The translations under genes and the position numbers were made by a program. A DNA stretch of 56,829 nt from Candidatus Pacearchaeota archaeon (lineage in GTDB: Archaea > Nanobdellota > Nanobdellia > Pacearchaeales > GW2011-AR1). Below, in pieces: positions 25,684 to 35,528 of this stretch (positions within the stretch are counted from its first letter, which is position 1; each line of letters opens with the position of its first letter). The notes beneath the pieces were generated by a model. The model saw only the letters and a program-made list of their open reading frames with translations. It made no database searches and was not told where the DNA came from. The stretch covers positions 1 through 56,829 of the forward strand of contig JAFCDK010000001.1 in assembly GCA_017609745.1 (NCBI GenBank). The letters are read 5' to 3'.

Positions 25684-26363
25684 TTCTCTATCTTCCCATC
25701 CTTTAGTCTTATGATATGTTTTGCGAGTTTTGCAATCTCCATATCATGTGTAACCAGTATAATGGTTTTACCTTGCTTATTGAGGTTTATAAACATTTTT
25801 ATAATTTCTTTGCCTGTTTTTGAATCGAGGTTTCCTGTTGGTTCATCTGCTAAAATAACCCCTGGATTATTTGCAAGAGCGCGGGCAATAGCAACCCTCT
25901 GTCTTTCTCCTCCAGATAATTCCTTTGGTAAATGTTGTGTTCTATGTTCTAATCCAACTTCTTTCAAAAGTTTTTTAGCTCTTTCTTCTCTATACTCCTC
26001 ATCATAATCTTGAAACATCATAGGAAGCATAATATTTTCTAAAGCAGTTAAAGTAGGAATTAAATTAAAAGTTTGAAAAATAAACCCTATTTTTCTGCCT
26101 CGAATTTGGGCAAGTTCAGATTCTTCAAGCTCTTCAATATTTTCTCCATCTAAATAAATTTCCCCCTCTGTTGCAAGATCCAATGCTCCAACAAGATTCA
26201 TCATGGTGCTCTTTCCTGAACCACTTGGTCCAACAATAGCTAAAAAATCTCCTCTTTTAATTTTTATATCAGCGCCTCCTACAGCCTCAACTATCGAATC
26301 TCCCATTTCATAATCTTTATGCACATTTTTTAATTGTATAATTAATTTCTGTTTTGTTGGCAT
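25680..26363 (-). CDS. ABC transporter ATP-binding protein (MacB/LolD-like)
   Basis: 227 aa. Walker [11 protein letters not shown]-loop, signature [15 protein letters not shown], Walker [13 protein letters not shown]-loop VTHD. Confidence 0.92.
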   Translation of the reverse strand: MPTKQKLIIQLKNVHKDYEMGDSIVEAVGGADIKIKRGDFLAIVGPSGSGKSTMMNLVGALDLATEGEIYLDGENIEELEESELAQIRGRKIGFIFQTFNLIPTLTALENIMLPMMFQDYDEEYREERAKKLLKEVGLEHRTQHLPKELSGGERQRVAIARALANNPGVILADEPTGNLDSKTGKEIIKMFINLNKQGKTIILVTHDMEIAKLAKHIIRLKDGKIEK

Positions 26364-26572
26364 TTTATTTTATAAACAGGAGAGTATATAAAGTTTTGCT
26401 AATGTAATTAGAGAGTGATGACAAGTAGGAGGTTTGAAAATCTTGAAATTCTAATAAAATAATAAAATGAAAACAAAAAAACAAAATTTTATCATTAGCC
26501 TTTTTGTTGACTGGAGCATCTATCATTTATGAGAAATAAGTTAAGTTTATTCAAATAATCATAAACCCAAAC

Positions 26573-26580
26573 TTTTTAAA
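26573..26580 (+). promoter_or_regulatory. TATA-box-like element for rpoN (leaderless-type spacing)
   Basis: tttttaaa centred about 26 nt upstream of the ATG at 26602. Confidence 0.3.
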
Positions 26581-26601
26581 CCATCTAAATCTCAATAATT
26601 T

Positions 26602-26799
26602 ATGATAATCCCAATAAGATGCTTCAGCTGTGGAAAACCAATTGCCCATCTTTGGGCGCAATTTAAAGAAAGAACAGAATCAGGTGAAAACCCAAAAAAA
26701 GTTCTTGATAGTCTTGGTCTTGAAAGATATTGTTGTAGGTCAATGTTCCTTGGTCAAACAGACACTTTAGAATTAGTTAATAAGTTTAAGAAGTTCTAA
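26602..26799 (+). CDS. rpoN: RNA polymerase subunit N (Rpo10)
   Basis: 65 aa. MIIPIRCFSCGKPIAHLW..F......G.....VLD.LGLERYCCR.M. Confidence 0.9.
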   Translation: MIIPIRCFSCGKPIAHLWAQFKERTESGENPKKVLDSLGLERYCCRSMFLGQTDTLELVNKFKKF

Positions 26800-26811
26800 T
26801 TTGAGATTTTA

Positions 26812-27069
26812 TCAATCCATCTTCCACCGATTTTTATATCCACATTCTGAACATTCAATAGTTTTAAATCCTTTATTTATTCTAGTTTTTCCTTTAAGAG
26901 GATTATAACATTTTTTGCAGAATTTTTTCCTAAAATTCCCAAGTTTTATATTATGTTTCATAGCAAGTCTTTTAATTTTCTTAATATCTTTAACATTTTT
27001 ATTATTCATAGTTTTAAAAAAATTCTTAATTTCTTTTTCAGCCCCCTCTTTAGTTGATTTTGATTTCAT
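26812..27069 (-). CDS. rnp4: RNase P protein component 4 (Rpp21/Rpr2 zinc-ribbon subunit)
   Basis: 85 aa from the internal Met. IKRLAMKHNIKLGNFRKKFCKKCYNPL.GKTRINKGFKTIECSECGYKNR is the Rpr2 pattern. The longer ORF (to 27198) is rejected because it runs through the 5S rRNA gene. Confidence 0.65.
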   Translation of the reverse strand: MKSKSTKEGAEKEIKNFFKTMNNKNVKDIKKIKRLAMKHNIKLGNFRKKFCKKCYNPLKGKTRINKGFKTIECSECGYKNRWKMD

Positions 27070-27083
27070 AATTATTAAAAGAA

Positions 27084-27196
27084 GAGACAGCTCTATGCCT
27101 TTCCCTCTTGTAGGAGAGTACCAACATAAACACAACCAGCTTAACTTCTGTGTTCGAAATGGGAACAGGTGTTTCCTGATTATTATGGCTGTCCTC
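27084..27196 (-). rRNA. rrf: 5S ribosomal RNA (stand-alone, short ~110 nt)
   Basis: Reverse strand: GGACAGCCAUAAUAAUCAGGAAACACCUGUUCCCAUUUCGAACACAGAAGUUAAGCUGGUUGUGUUUAUGUUGGUACUCUCCUACAAGAGGGAAAGGCAUAGAGCUGUC. It has the universal CCCAUUUCGAACACAGAAGUUAAGC loop-B/helix-III block and a terminal helix GGACAGC/GCUGUC. Confidence 0.85.
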
Positions 27197-27270
27197 AAAA
27201 TTACAGTATTTTAGAGGTTTTTAAGCTTTACTAAACTTTAAATATTAATAATAATTACCAGTTTTATCTT

Positions 27271-27354
27271 GCAAGGGTAGCGAAGTGGTCAAACGCGCGG
27301 GACTCAAGATCCCGTCTCTCAGTGAGTTCACAGGTTCGAATCCTGTCCCTTGCA
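27271..27354 (+). tRNA. tRNA-Leu (CAA)
   Basis: GCAAGGG..D-arm GCG/CGC..anticodon stem CGGGA/UCCCG, loop CUCAAGA, 15-nt variable arm, T-arm ACAGG-UUCGAAU-CCUGU, acceptor CCCUUGC-A. Confidence 0.9.
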
Positions 27355-27357
27355 CTT

Positions 27358-27636
27358 TCACATAAAACTCATAATAGATTTCTGTAAAAGAAAAAAACAC
27401 CCAAGCATTAAATAAATTGTAGGTACATTATATGCTAATGTTAATAAGATAATAATTCCAGTATAAATATCCAGAACACTTGCGATATCTCTTGTGATAG
27501 CAAATGCAATTCCTTTGATAAGTATAATTATCCCAAATATCCAAATTAAACTTTCTGGAGCAGAAAAATTCCAGATTAATAAAAAAAGCAATATTGCTGC
27601 TATAAAATCAATTATTCCAAGTAATTTTACTAACAT
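27358..27636 (-). CDS. small membrane protein (3 TM helices)
   Basis: 92-aa hydrophobic ORF between tRNA genes. No family recognised. Confidence 0.4.
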   Translation of the reverse strand: MLVKLLGIIDFIAAILLFLLIWNFSAPESLIWIFGIIILIKGIAFAITRDIASVLDIYTGIIILLTLAYNVPTIYLMLGCFFLLQKSIMSFM

Positions 27637-27677
27637 AAGTTTTTAAAAAGCAGGTGTTTTTTAAATATTGCCTTTAA

Positions 27678-27750
27678 GCTCCTGTAGCTCAATGGATAGA
27701 GCGATACCCCCCTAAGGTATAGGTTGCAGGTTCAACTCCTGTCAGGAGCA
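27678..27750 (+). tRNA. tRNA-Arg (CCU), anticodon loop CCCCUAA (C at position 33)
   Basis: 73-nt cloverleaf: GCUCCUG-UA-GCUC-AAUGGAUA-GAGC-G-AUACC-CCCCUAA-GGUAU-AGGUU-GCAGG-UUCAACU-CCUGU-CAGGAGC-A. Confidence 0.8.
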
Positions 27751-27789
27751 TCAAAACCTTTAAAACACTTGATTATCCATTATATTCAT

Positions 27790-27862
27790 GCGTGGGTAGT
27801 TCAGTGGTTTAGAATAACTGGCTTCCAACCAGTTGACCCGGGTTCAAATCCCGGCCCGCGCA
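27790..27862 (+). tRNA. tRNA-Gly (UCC)
   Basis: GCGUGGG-UA-GUUC..GAAU-A-ACUGG-CUUCCAA-CCAGU-UGAC-CCGGG-UUCAAAU-CCCGG-CCCGCGC-A. Confidence 0.9.
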
Positions 27863-27877
27863 TATTAATTAATAAAA

Positions 27878-28933
27878 ATGGAAGAAAATCAAGAACAAAA
27901 CCCACAAAAACAAGAAGAAACTAAAGAAAAATATAGAGAAGAACAAGAAAAAACAGAAATCATAGAAGACAAAACAGAAGAATTAATATCTAAAGAAAAA
28001 ACAGAAGAAAAAAAACCCCAGCCAAAACCAGAACCCAAAACCCCCCAAGAAAAAAAATCATTTAGTGAGATTTATAATAAACATTATAAAAAACTTTTTA
28101 TAATTACAATTTTGCTTTTAGTTGTTTCTTTAGGCTATATTTTTTATTTTTATAATCAGCACGGAGATATAATGTATAAAGATGTTACATTAAGTGGAGG
28201 AACATCAATTACAGTCCATGATCAAACAACAGATATAAATAATTTAAAACAAACCTTAATTCAGAATTTTTCAGATTTAAATGTAAGAAAAATTTCTGAA
28301 TTAACAACAGGCAAACAACTTGCATTTGTTATAGAAACATCTGCTGATGCAGATGAAACCAAAACTGCTCTTGAACAATATTTAGGTTATAGTTTAAATG
28401 AAGAAAATTCAAGTATAGAATTTACTGGAAGTTCTTTAGGAGCTAATTTTTATGCGCAACTTAGATTAGCTATTATTTTGGCATTTGCTTTAATGGCAAT
28501 TGTTGTTTTTATAATTTTTAGAACATTTATCCCAAGTTTCGCTGTTATTTTATCTGCTTTTGCAGACATAACAATGACCTTAGCCTTTGTCAATTTATTA
28601 GGTATGAGGCTTTCAACAGCAGGAATTGTGGCATTTTTAATGTTAATAGGTTATAGTGTTGATACAGATATTCTCTTAACAACAAGAATGATAAAACATA
28701 AAGAGGGCGCTCTTAATTCAAGAATGTTTGGTGCATTTAAAACAGGAATAACCATGACTTTAACAAGTCTTGCAGCTGTTTTTGTCGCTTATCTTATTGT
28801 TTCAAGATTTTCACCAATCCTAACTCAAATATTTTTTATTTTATGTATAGGATTATTATTTGATTTATTAAATACTTGGATAACAAATGCCTCAATATTA
28901 AAATTATATTGTGAAAAGAAAAATATAGAATAA
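27878..28933 (+). CDS. secF: protein-export membrane protein SecF with ~60-aa K/E/Q-rich N-terminal extension
   Basis: 351 aa. The C-terminal six-TM core has FADITMTLAFVNLLGMRLSTAGIVAFLMLIGYSVDTDILLTTRM. Immediately upstream of secD. Confidence 0.85.
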   Translation: MEENQEQNPQKQEETKEKYREEQEKTEIIEDKTEELISKEKTEEKKPQPKPEPKTPQEKKSFSEIYNKHYKKLFIITILLLVVSLGYIFYFYNQHGDIMYKDVTLSGGTSITVHDQTTDINNLKQTLIQNFSDLNVRKISELTTGKQLAFVIETSADADETKTALEQYLGYSLNEENSSIEFTGSSLGANFYAQLRLAIILAFALMAIVVFIIFRTFIPSFAVILSAFADITMTLAFVNLLGMRLSTAGIVAFLMLIGYSVDTDILLTTRMIKHKEGALNSRMFGAFKTGITMTLTSLAAVFVAYLIVSRFSPILTQIFFILCIGLLFDLLNTWITNASILKLYCEKKNIE

Positions 28934-28952
28934 ATAAAATAAAAATTTAAAA

Positions 28953-30491
28953 ATGGCGAAACTAAAATTAAAATTAACATGGAAACTTTGGATTTTAATA
29001 ATCTTATTATTCTTATCTATATTAGCTATATTTGGATTTCCGCCAACTTTTCTTGAAAAAGGAGTTCTTGTTGAAAGTATTGAACAAAACTCAACTTTAT
29101 TTGATCTCGGAATGCGGCAAGGAGATATCCTAAAATCTATTAATAATCACCAAATAGAAAATCTCGCTGATTATACAAACATCATCACTGAACTTAATTT
29201 TGATAAAACAAAACTAATAATTAACACAAATAAACAAGAATATATTGATTTATTTGATAATCCACCTAAAATAACTGTTTCTAATATTCCTAAAACAAAA
29301 ATAAAAACAGGTTTAGATATACAAGGCGGAGCAAGAGCTTTAGTTTCTCCTGATGAAAAACTAACATCTAATCAAATGCAGGATTTAATTTCTGTAATTG
29401 AAAATAGATTTAATGTTTATGGTTTAAAAGAAGTAAACATCAAACCAGTTACAGATTTATCTGGAAATAAATATATACTTATAGAAATTGCAGGAACAAC
29501 CCCTACTGATTTAAAAGATTTAATTTCAGAACAAGGAAAATTTGAAGCAAGAATCGGCAAGGAGGTTGTTTTTATAGGTGGAGAAAAAGATATAACTTAT
29601 GTTTGCCAAAGAGATGCTACTTGTTCAAGAATAGAATTTTGCAATCCATCTCAAGAGGGAGGTTATTTTTGCAGATTTAGTTTTGAGATTGCTCTTAGTG
29701 ATTCTGCATCAGAAACACATGCCAAATTAACTAAAAATTTAAAAGCAAATGTAACTTCTGGAACACAAGTTTATTTAGAAAAACCTCTTGATTTATATCT
29801 CGATGAAACACTTGTTGATTCTCTTTTAATAAGCGAGAATTTAAAAGGAAGAGCTGAAACCAAAATTTCTATACAAGGAAGCGGCACAGGACCCACAGAA
29901 AAAGAAGCTATTAAAGATACTCAAAAACAAATGAATAAACTCCAGACAATTTTAAAAACAGGAAGTTTGCCACATAAATTAGAAATAGTAAAATTAGATA
30001 CAATTTCACCTGTTTTGGGCGCCCAGTTTATTTATTTTATTTTTTTAGCAGGACTTTCAGCTGTTTTTGTCGTTAGTATAATTATTTTTGTTAGATATAA
30101 AAAAATAAAATCTTCTCTTGCTGTTTTATTGACAAGTTTATCAGAAGTTATTATAATTTTGGGAATTGCAGCAATTATAAAATGGAATCTCGACCTGCCA
30201 AGTATTGCAGGAATATTGGCTGTAATTGGAACAGGTGTTGACCAACAGATTGTTATTTTAGATGAATCCCGTCTTAACAAACTTTTAAGTTTAAAACAAA
30301 GAATTAAAAGAGCGATTTTTATTTTAATAGGTTCTTATTTCACAACCTTTGCAGCTCTAATTCCTTTATTTTATGCTGGAGCAGGCATATTAAAAGGATT
30401 TGCATTTACAACAATGATTGGAATTACAGTTGGAGTTTTAATAACAAGACCAGCATTTGCAGATATAGTAAGAAAAATTGAGAAGGATTAA
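28953..30491 (+). CDS. secD: protein-export membrane protein SecD
   Basis: 512 aa. GLDIQGGARALV motif, a large periplasmic domain, and C-terminal TM bundle IAGILAVIGTGVDQQIVILDE. Confidence 0.88.
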   Translation: MAKLKLKLTWKLWILIILLFLSILAIFGFPPTFLEKGVLVESIEQNSTLFDLGMRQGDILKSINNHQIENLADYTNIITELNFDKTKLIINTNKQEYIDLFDNPPKITVSNIPKTKIKTGLDIQGGARALVSPDEKLTSNQMQDLISVIENRFNVYGLKEVNIKPVTDLSGNKYILIEIAGTTPTDLKDLISEQGKFEARIGKEVVFIGGEKDITYVCQRDATCSRIEFCNPSQEGGYFCRFSFEIALSDSASETHAKLTKNLKANVTSGTQVYLEKPLDLYLDETLVDSLLISENLKGRAETKISIQGSGTGPTEKEAIKDTQKQMNKLQTILKTGSLPHKLEIVKLDTISPVLGAQFIYFIFLAGLSAVFVVSIIIFVRYKKIKSSLAVLLTSLSEVIIILGIAAIIKWNLDLPSIAGILAVIGTGVDQQIVILDESRLNKLLSLKQRIKRAIFILIGSYFTTFAALIPLFYAGAGILKGFAFTTMIGITVGVLITRPAFADIVRKIEKD

Positions 30492-30492
30492 A

Positions 30493-30945
30493 ATGTATAT
30501 TAAATACCACATAATTTTTGGGGCAGTTTTTTCAACATTAATTTTTGTTCTTTTCCCTGAAATTAAATTAATTGGACTCCTTTTAATCTTTCTATCTTCT
30601 GTTTTAATTGATACAGACCATTATCTTTTTTATATTTATAAAAAAAAGGATTGGAATTTGAAGAGAGCTTATGATTGGAATATGATTAAACTTAAAAAAA
30701 CTCTCAATCTTCCAAAAAAACAAAGAAAATATGCGCAACATTATTTTTTTATTTTCCATGGATTTGAATTACTATTATTATTATACATTTTTTCTATTTA
30801 TATTTCTGATTTATTTTTCTTTATTTTAATAGGGGCTTCGTTTCATCTAATCTCAGATATTCTTACTGAAATACTTTATTTTAATTCTATAGCAAAAATT
30901 TCGATAGTTCATTCATTCTTTAAATATAAAAAATATAAAAATTAA
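30493..30945 (+). CDS. membrane protein, possibly DUF457/YdjM-type metal-dependent hydrolase
   Basis: About 150 aa and polytopic. H near the N-terminus (YIKYHIIFG), IDTDHYLF, FHGFE and FHLISD resemble His/Asp ligand patterns of DUF457. ATG at 30493 preferred. Confidence 0.3.
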   Translation: MYIKYHIIFGAVFSTLIFVLFPEIKLIGLLLIFLSSVLIDTDHYLFYIYKKKDWNLKRAYDWNMIKLKKTLNLPKKQRKYAQHYFFIFHGFELLLLLYIFSIYISDLFFFILIGASFHLISDILTEILYFNSIAKISIVHSFFKYKKYKN

Positions 30946-31042
30946 TCAAGAAATAATACAAAGTTGTTAAACTACATTATATTTTTAACTATATATTATT
31001 AAGTTCATAAAAACTCTTAAACCCCCTTCCCCCAATTTTTAA

Positions 31043-31987
31043 ATGAAGTTATCTATAATTATTCCTATTTATAATGAACAGGAAAATATTGAGATTTTAT
31101 ATCAAGAAATAATTAGAGTTATTAAAAAATTAATTGAAGATAAAATAATCAATAATTATGAGATTATTTTTGTAAATGATGGTTCTAGAGATAACAGTAA
31201 AAAGATTTTAGAAACTCTAAACAAAAAAAATGAGAAATTAAAAATAATAGAACTTAGAAAAAACTTTGGACAGACTCCTGCTCTTAAAGCTGGTTTTGAT
31301 TATTGTTCAGGAGATTTAATTGCAACAATGGATGGAGATTTACAAAATGATCCAAGAGACATTCCAAGATTAATTAAAAAACTTCAACAAGGTTATGATG
31401 TAGTTTCTGGTTGGCGTTTTAAAAGAAAAGATTCTTTTCTAAAAAAACTTGCTTCTAGAATGATAAATAATTTGAGAATAATGTTAATCGGAGATTTTTT
31501 GCATGATTATGGTTGCTCTTTAAAACTTTATAAAAAAGAATGTATTAAAGATTTAGAACTTTTTGGAGAACTTCATAGATACATAACTGCTTATCTTTTT
31601 ATTAAAGGATATAAAGTGGGGGAAATTCCAGTCAATCATCGAAAAAGAAAATTCGGAAAAACAAAATACAAAGCAATTGCTAGAAGAGGAATTAATGGTA
31701 TTTTAGATTTGTTTTATTTAAAATTCTGGTCAAATTATTCAAATAAACCGCTTCATTTTTTTGGAAGAATTGGAATTTATTTATGGATTTTAGCATTTAT
31801 TATTATAATAGAACAAATAATAAAATCAATTATTATTCAATCTTTAGAATTGGGCCCACTTTTAATGCTTTCAGCTATTTTTGGAATCCTCGGTTTACTT
31901 TTCATTATTTTTGGATTTTTATCAGAAATAATAACTAGGTCCTATTTTCAAGAAAATAAAGTATATAATGTTAAAAGAATTTATTAA
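31043..31987 (+). CDS. family 2 glycosyltransferase (Dpm1/GtrB-like polyprenyl-phosphate glycosyltransferase)
   Basis: 314 aa. LSIIIPIYNEQENI, VNDGSRDNS, MDGDLQNDP (DxD), and two C-terminal TM helices as in GtrB/ArnC. Confidence 0.85.
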   Translation: MKLSIIIPIYNEQENIEILYQEIIRVIKKLIEDKIINNYEIIFVNDGSRDNSKKILETLNKKNEKLKIIELRKNFGQTPALKAGFDYCSGDLIATMDGDLQNDPRDIPRLIKKLQQGYDVVSGWRFKRKDSFLKKLASRMINNLRIMLIGDFLHDYGCSLKLYKKECIKDLELFGELHRYITAYLFIKGYKVGEIPVNHRKRKFGKTKYKAIARRGINGILDLFYLKFWSNYSNKPLHFFGRIGIYLWILAFIIIIEQIIKSIIIQSLELGPLLMLSAIFGILGLLFIIFGFLSEIITRSYFQENKVYNVKRIY

Positions 31988-32147
31988 AATGAATACTGGC
32001 AAAGGGTTAATGGTTTCTGGGCTTAGAAGTCATACTGAAAATAATTTAATTTCTGTAGCAGAGCACATTGTATTAACTTTATTTTATAGATACAAAAAAA
32101 AGCTAAATTTTTACAAATAAAATATCATAGCAATCAGGTTGAATAAA

Positions 32148-34046
32148 ATGTGCGGAATAATTGGATTTAATTGGGAAGATAAAACTTTGTTAAATAAAAT
32201 TTTAAAAAAAATAGAACATCGTGGACCAGATGATTCTGGAAAATTTATAGATAAAAATATCTCGCTTGGCCATAGAAGACTTTCTATTCTAGATCTCTCA
32301 AAAAAAGGAAAACAACCGATGTCAAATGAAAATGGAACAATTTGGATAGTTTTTAATGGAGAAATTTATAATTTTCAAGAACTAAGACAAGAATTAAAAC
32401 AAAAAAACCATGAATTCAAATCAAACACAGATACAGAAGTTCTTATCCATCTTTACGAGGAACAAGGTGTTGAATGTTTAAAAAAATTAAATGGGATGTT
32501 TGCTTTTTGTATTTATGATACAAGAAAAAAAATATTATTTCTTGCTCGTGATAGAAGTGGGATAAAACCTATTTATTATTGGAATGATAAAAACAAATTT
32601 ATGTTTTGCTCAGAAATTAAAGGAATTTTAGAAAATAAAACTATTAAACCAGAAATAAACCTAGAATCTATTTCTTCTTTTTTTACATTTAGAGCAAATA
32701 TTACAGAAGAAACTTGTTTTAAAAACATAAAAAAATTAATGCCAGGACATTATCTCATCTATAGCTTAAAACATAAAAAAATTTTTAAAATAGAAAAATA
32801 TTGGAACATTAATTTTAAAGAAGAAAATATAAAAAATCCTACAAAAAAACTGAAAAAATTATTATTTGATTCTATTCAAAGAAGATTAATGTCTGATGTT
32901 CCTTATGGTGCTTATTTGTCAGGGGGCATAGATTCAGGAACAATTGTATCTATCATGAATAATTTTTGTAAAAATCCAATAAAAACTTTTTCAGTTGGTT
33001 TCGAAAATGAATATGATGAAGTAAATGAAGCCAAATTTTTATCAAAAACTTTCCAAACAAATCATCATGAATTATTAATTAAAGAAGATTCTGTAAAATA
33101 TCTTCCGGAGATTATTTATCAATCTGACGAACCAATGGCAGATCCCACATCTATTCCAATTTATTTATTATCTAAATATGCTAAAAAATACTGCACAGTT
33201 ATTCTTACAGGAGAAGGTTCTGACGAGATTTTTTCAGGATACCCCCAATATAAATTCATGAAATTACATAAATATTTTATGAGACCTATTCCAAAATCCT
33301 TAAGAAAAATAACCCCTTATATGATAAAACAAACCCCTAAACTACTCCTAAACAAAGGATTTAAATTTGCTTCAGAATTAGGAGAAAAAGGTATTGAAAG
33401 ATTTTCTAATTTTACTATTACAAATGATTATTCAAAACAATATTTAAATATAGTCTCTATTTTTAATGAGCAAGAGAAAAAAGAATTATTTAAAAAAAAT
33501 TATAATCAAAATCTCTATAAACAATATGCAAAAAATTTTAAAAATTCTCGATTAATTAATTCTTGTTCTGTTTTTGACTTTAAAGGAAATATGGTTGATG
33601 ATTTGCTCATGAAAGTAGATAAAAATACAATGGCTTTTTCTATTGAAGGAAGAGTCCCTTTTTTAGATTATAGAATAATTGAATTAGCTTCAAAACTTCC
33701 AGAAAATTTAAAATTAAAATATTTCACAAAAGATAAATTTATATTAAGGGAATCTATTAAAAAAATTATTCCAGAACAAACGAGAAAAAGGCAAAAAAAA
33801 CATTTTTTTGTTCCAATTCATTCTTGGTTCAAAAATGAACTTCTTCAATTAAAACAAGATTTGCTCGCTAAAAAATACATTGAAAAACAAGGAATTTTTG
33901 ATTATGATTATATATCTAAAATAAATAAAAATTATAAACCTTCTCCTTTATTTTACTCAAGACAACTTTGGGCTCTGCTTACTTTTCAAATTTGGTATAA
34001 ACAATATATAGAAAATGAAAGATTCAAGAATCTTTCAATCATTTAA
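32148..34046 (+). CDS. asparagine synthase (glutamine-hydrolysing) family amidotransferase
   Basis: N-terminal MCGIIG (Ntn Cys; ATG at 32148 preferred over the TTG at 32139), HRGPDD, LSILD, FNGEIYN. PP-loop YLSGGIDSG. Located in a glycan cluster, so it is likely a sugar-carboxylate amidotransferase rather than housekeeping AsnB. Confidence 0.85.
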   Translation: MCGIIGFNWEDKTLLNKILKKIEHRGPDDSGKFIDKNISLGHRRLSILDLSKKGKQPMSNENGTIWIVFNGEIYNFQELRQELKQKNHEFKSNTDTEVLIHLYEEQGVECLKKLNGMFAFCIYDTRKKILFLARDRSGIKPIYYWNDKNKFMFCSEIKGILENKTIKPEINLESISSFFTFRANITEETCFKNIKKLMPGHYLIYSLKHKKIFKIEKYWNINFKEENIKNPTKKLKKLLFDSIQRRLMSDVPYGAYLSGGIDSGTIVSIMNNFCKNPIKTFSVGFENEYDEVNEAKFLSKTFQTNHHELLIKEDSVKYLPEIIYQSDEPMADPTSIPIYLLSKYAKKYCTVILTGEGSDEIFSGYPQYKFMKLHKYFMRPIPKSLRKITPYMIKQTPKLLLNKGFKFASELGEKGIERFSNFTITNDYSKQYLNIVSIFNEQEKKELFKKNYNQNLYKQYAKNFKNSRLINSCSVFDFKGNMVDDLLMKVDKNTMAFSIEGRVPFLDYRIIELASKLPENLKLKYFTKDKFILRESIKKIIPEQTRKRQKKHFFVPIHSWFKNELLQLKQDLLAKKYIEKQGIFDYDYISKINKNYKPSPLFYSRQLWALLTFQIWYKQYIENERFKNLSII

Positions 34047-34079
34047 TTTTCAAAAAATTAAAAGAAAAATTTAAATAAC

Positions 34080-35528
34080 ATGAAAAAATCAAAATCTAAA
34101 ATGCGGATTTTATTAATTCAACCTAATAGCACTAAAGAAGTAAATAAAGAATATGTTTCCCTCCAATATCCTATTAATTTGGGATACATCGCAGCAGTAT
34201 TAAAAAAAGAGGGCTACGAAGTTAAATTAGTAGATTTTAATGTAACTAGTTTGAAAAAACTTAATAATATAATCTTTAAATATAAACCAGAATTAATCGG
34301 AATAACTTCAATGACTTCGAGCATATATAACACTATGAATATCATTTCTAAAATTAAGAAAATTGATAAAAAAATAATAACTGTTTTAGGAGGAGTTCAT
34401 GCTTCTGCACTTCCAATAAAGACTATGGAAGAAATTAAAGATTTGGATTTTTTAGTTTTTGGAGAAGGGGAAAAAATAATTGTTGAATTAGTTAATGAAT
34501 TAAAAAACAAAAAATCTTCTTTTTCTAAAATAAAAGGGATAGTGTTTAGAAAAAAAGGGAGAATAATTAAGAATAAACCAAGAGAATTAATTGAAGATTT
34601 AAATACAATTCCTTATCCAGATAGAAATTTGTTACCTCTTAAATTATATGCTAAACAGCATGTATCAAGAGGATTTTCTCGACGGGAAATGAAAATTATT
34701 GAAATAATAACTAGTAGGGGGTGCCCCAATCATTGTATTTTTTGTGCAGGTCATATCAATTATGGCCATAGAGTTAGATTTAGGAGTTATGAAAATATTG
34801 TTGGGGAAATTACAGAGTGCATTAGAAAATATAATATAACACATGTTTCAATAGAAGATGATACTTTTATATTAAATAAAGAATTAGTAAGAAAATTATG
34901 TATTTTTTTTAAACAAAAAAAATTGACTTGGAATTGCAATGCAAGAGTAAATAATGTTAATTATGACTTATTAAAATTGATGGCAAAATCAGGATGTAAA
35001 AAAATAGCTTTTGGAGTTGAAAGTGGGAATTCAGAAATTTTGAAAAAAATTAAAAAAGGAATAACAGTAGAACAAGCAATTAAAGCAGTAAGAGATTCAA
35101 AGAAAGCAGGAATTCGGTATGTTGAATGTGATTTTATTCTTGGTTCTCATCCAGATGAAACACTAAAAACTATAAACGATTCTATAAATTTAATTTATAA
35201 ATTAATGCCAGATTTTTTAGCAATTTCTGTAATGTGCCCTTATCCTGGAACAGAAATTTATCAAATGATGATAAAAAATAAACTCCTTACTAAAAATCCT
35301 GATTGGTCACAATTCAGCCATTTTGGAGATCTTGAAAGATATGAAAAATTAAATTATCTAACTTCTGAACAAATAGTGAATCTACAAAATAAAATCATGA
35401 AAAAATATTATGGCTCTAAAAAATATATTTTTTCTCAATTAAAACAAATCAGTTCCTTAAACGAAATAAAATACTTTTTTAAAATGGCGTTTTTCTATTT
35501 AATGGAATTCGTTTTAAAGAAAAAATGA
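34080..35528 (+). CDS. cobalamin-binding (class B) radical SAM enzyme
   Basis: 482 aa. N-terminal B12-binding Rossmann (ILLIQPN..YPINLGYIAAVLKKEGYEVKLVD...GGVHASALP) and the radical SAM cluster motif RGCPNHCIFCAG. Confidence 0.8.
   Translation: MKKSKSKMRILLIQPNSTKEVNKEYVSLQYPINLGYIAAVLKKEGYEVKLVDFNVTSLKKLNNIIFKYKPELIGITSMTSSIYNTMNIISKIKKIDKKIITVLGGVHASALPIKTMEEIKDLDFLVFGEGEKIIVELVNELKNKKSSFSKIKGIVFRKKGRIIKNKPRELIEDLNTIPYPDRNLLPLKLYAKQHVSRGFSRREMKIIEIITSRGCPNHCIFCAGHINYGHRVRFRSYENIVGEITECIRKYNITHVSIEDDTFILNKELVRKLCIFFKQKKLTWNCNARVNNVNYDLLKLMAKSGCKKIAFGVESGNSEILKKIKKGITVEQAIKAVRDSKKAGIRYVECDFILGSHPDETLKTINDSINLIYKLMPDFLAISVMCPYPGTEIYQMMIKNKLLTKNPDWSQFSHFGDLERYEKLNYLTSEQIVNLQNKIMKKYYGSKKYIFSQLKQISSLNEIKYFFKMAFFYLMEFVLKKK

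Noticed and set aside
26812-27214. The long form of ORF 26812..27198 (128 aa) and the antisense ORF 26915..27214
   Set aside because: Their 27084..27196 portion is a clear 5S rRNA gene. Only the C-terminal 85 aa (from the Met at 27069) looks like a real protein (Rpp21).
27724-27924. 66-aa ORF on the plus strand
   Set aside because: It is read straight through tRNA-Arg and tRNA-Gly. Its sequence is explained by the tRNA genes.
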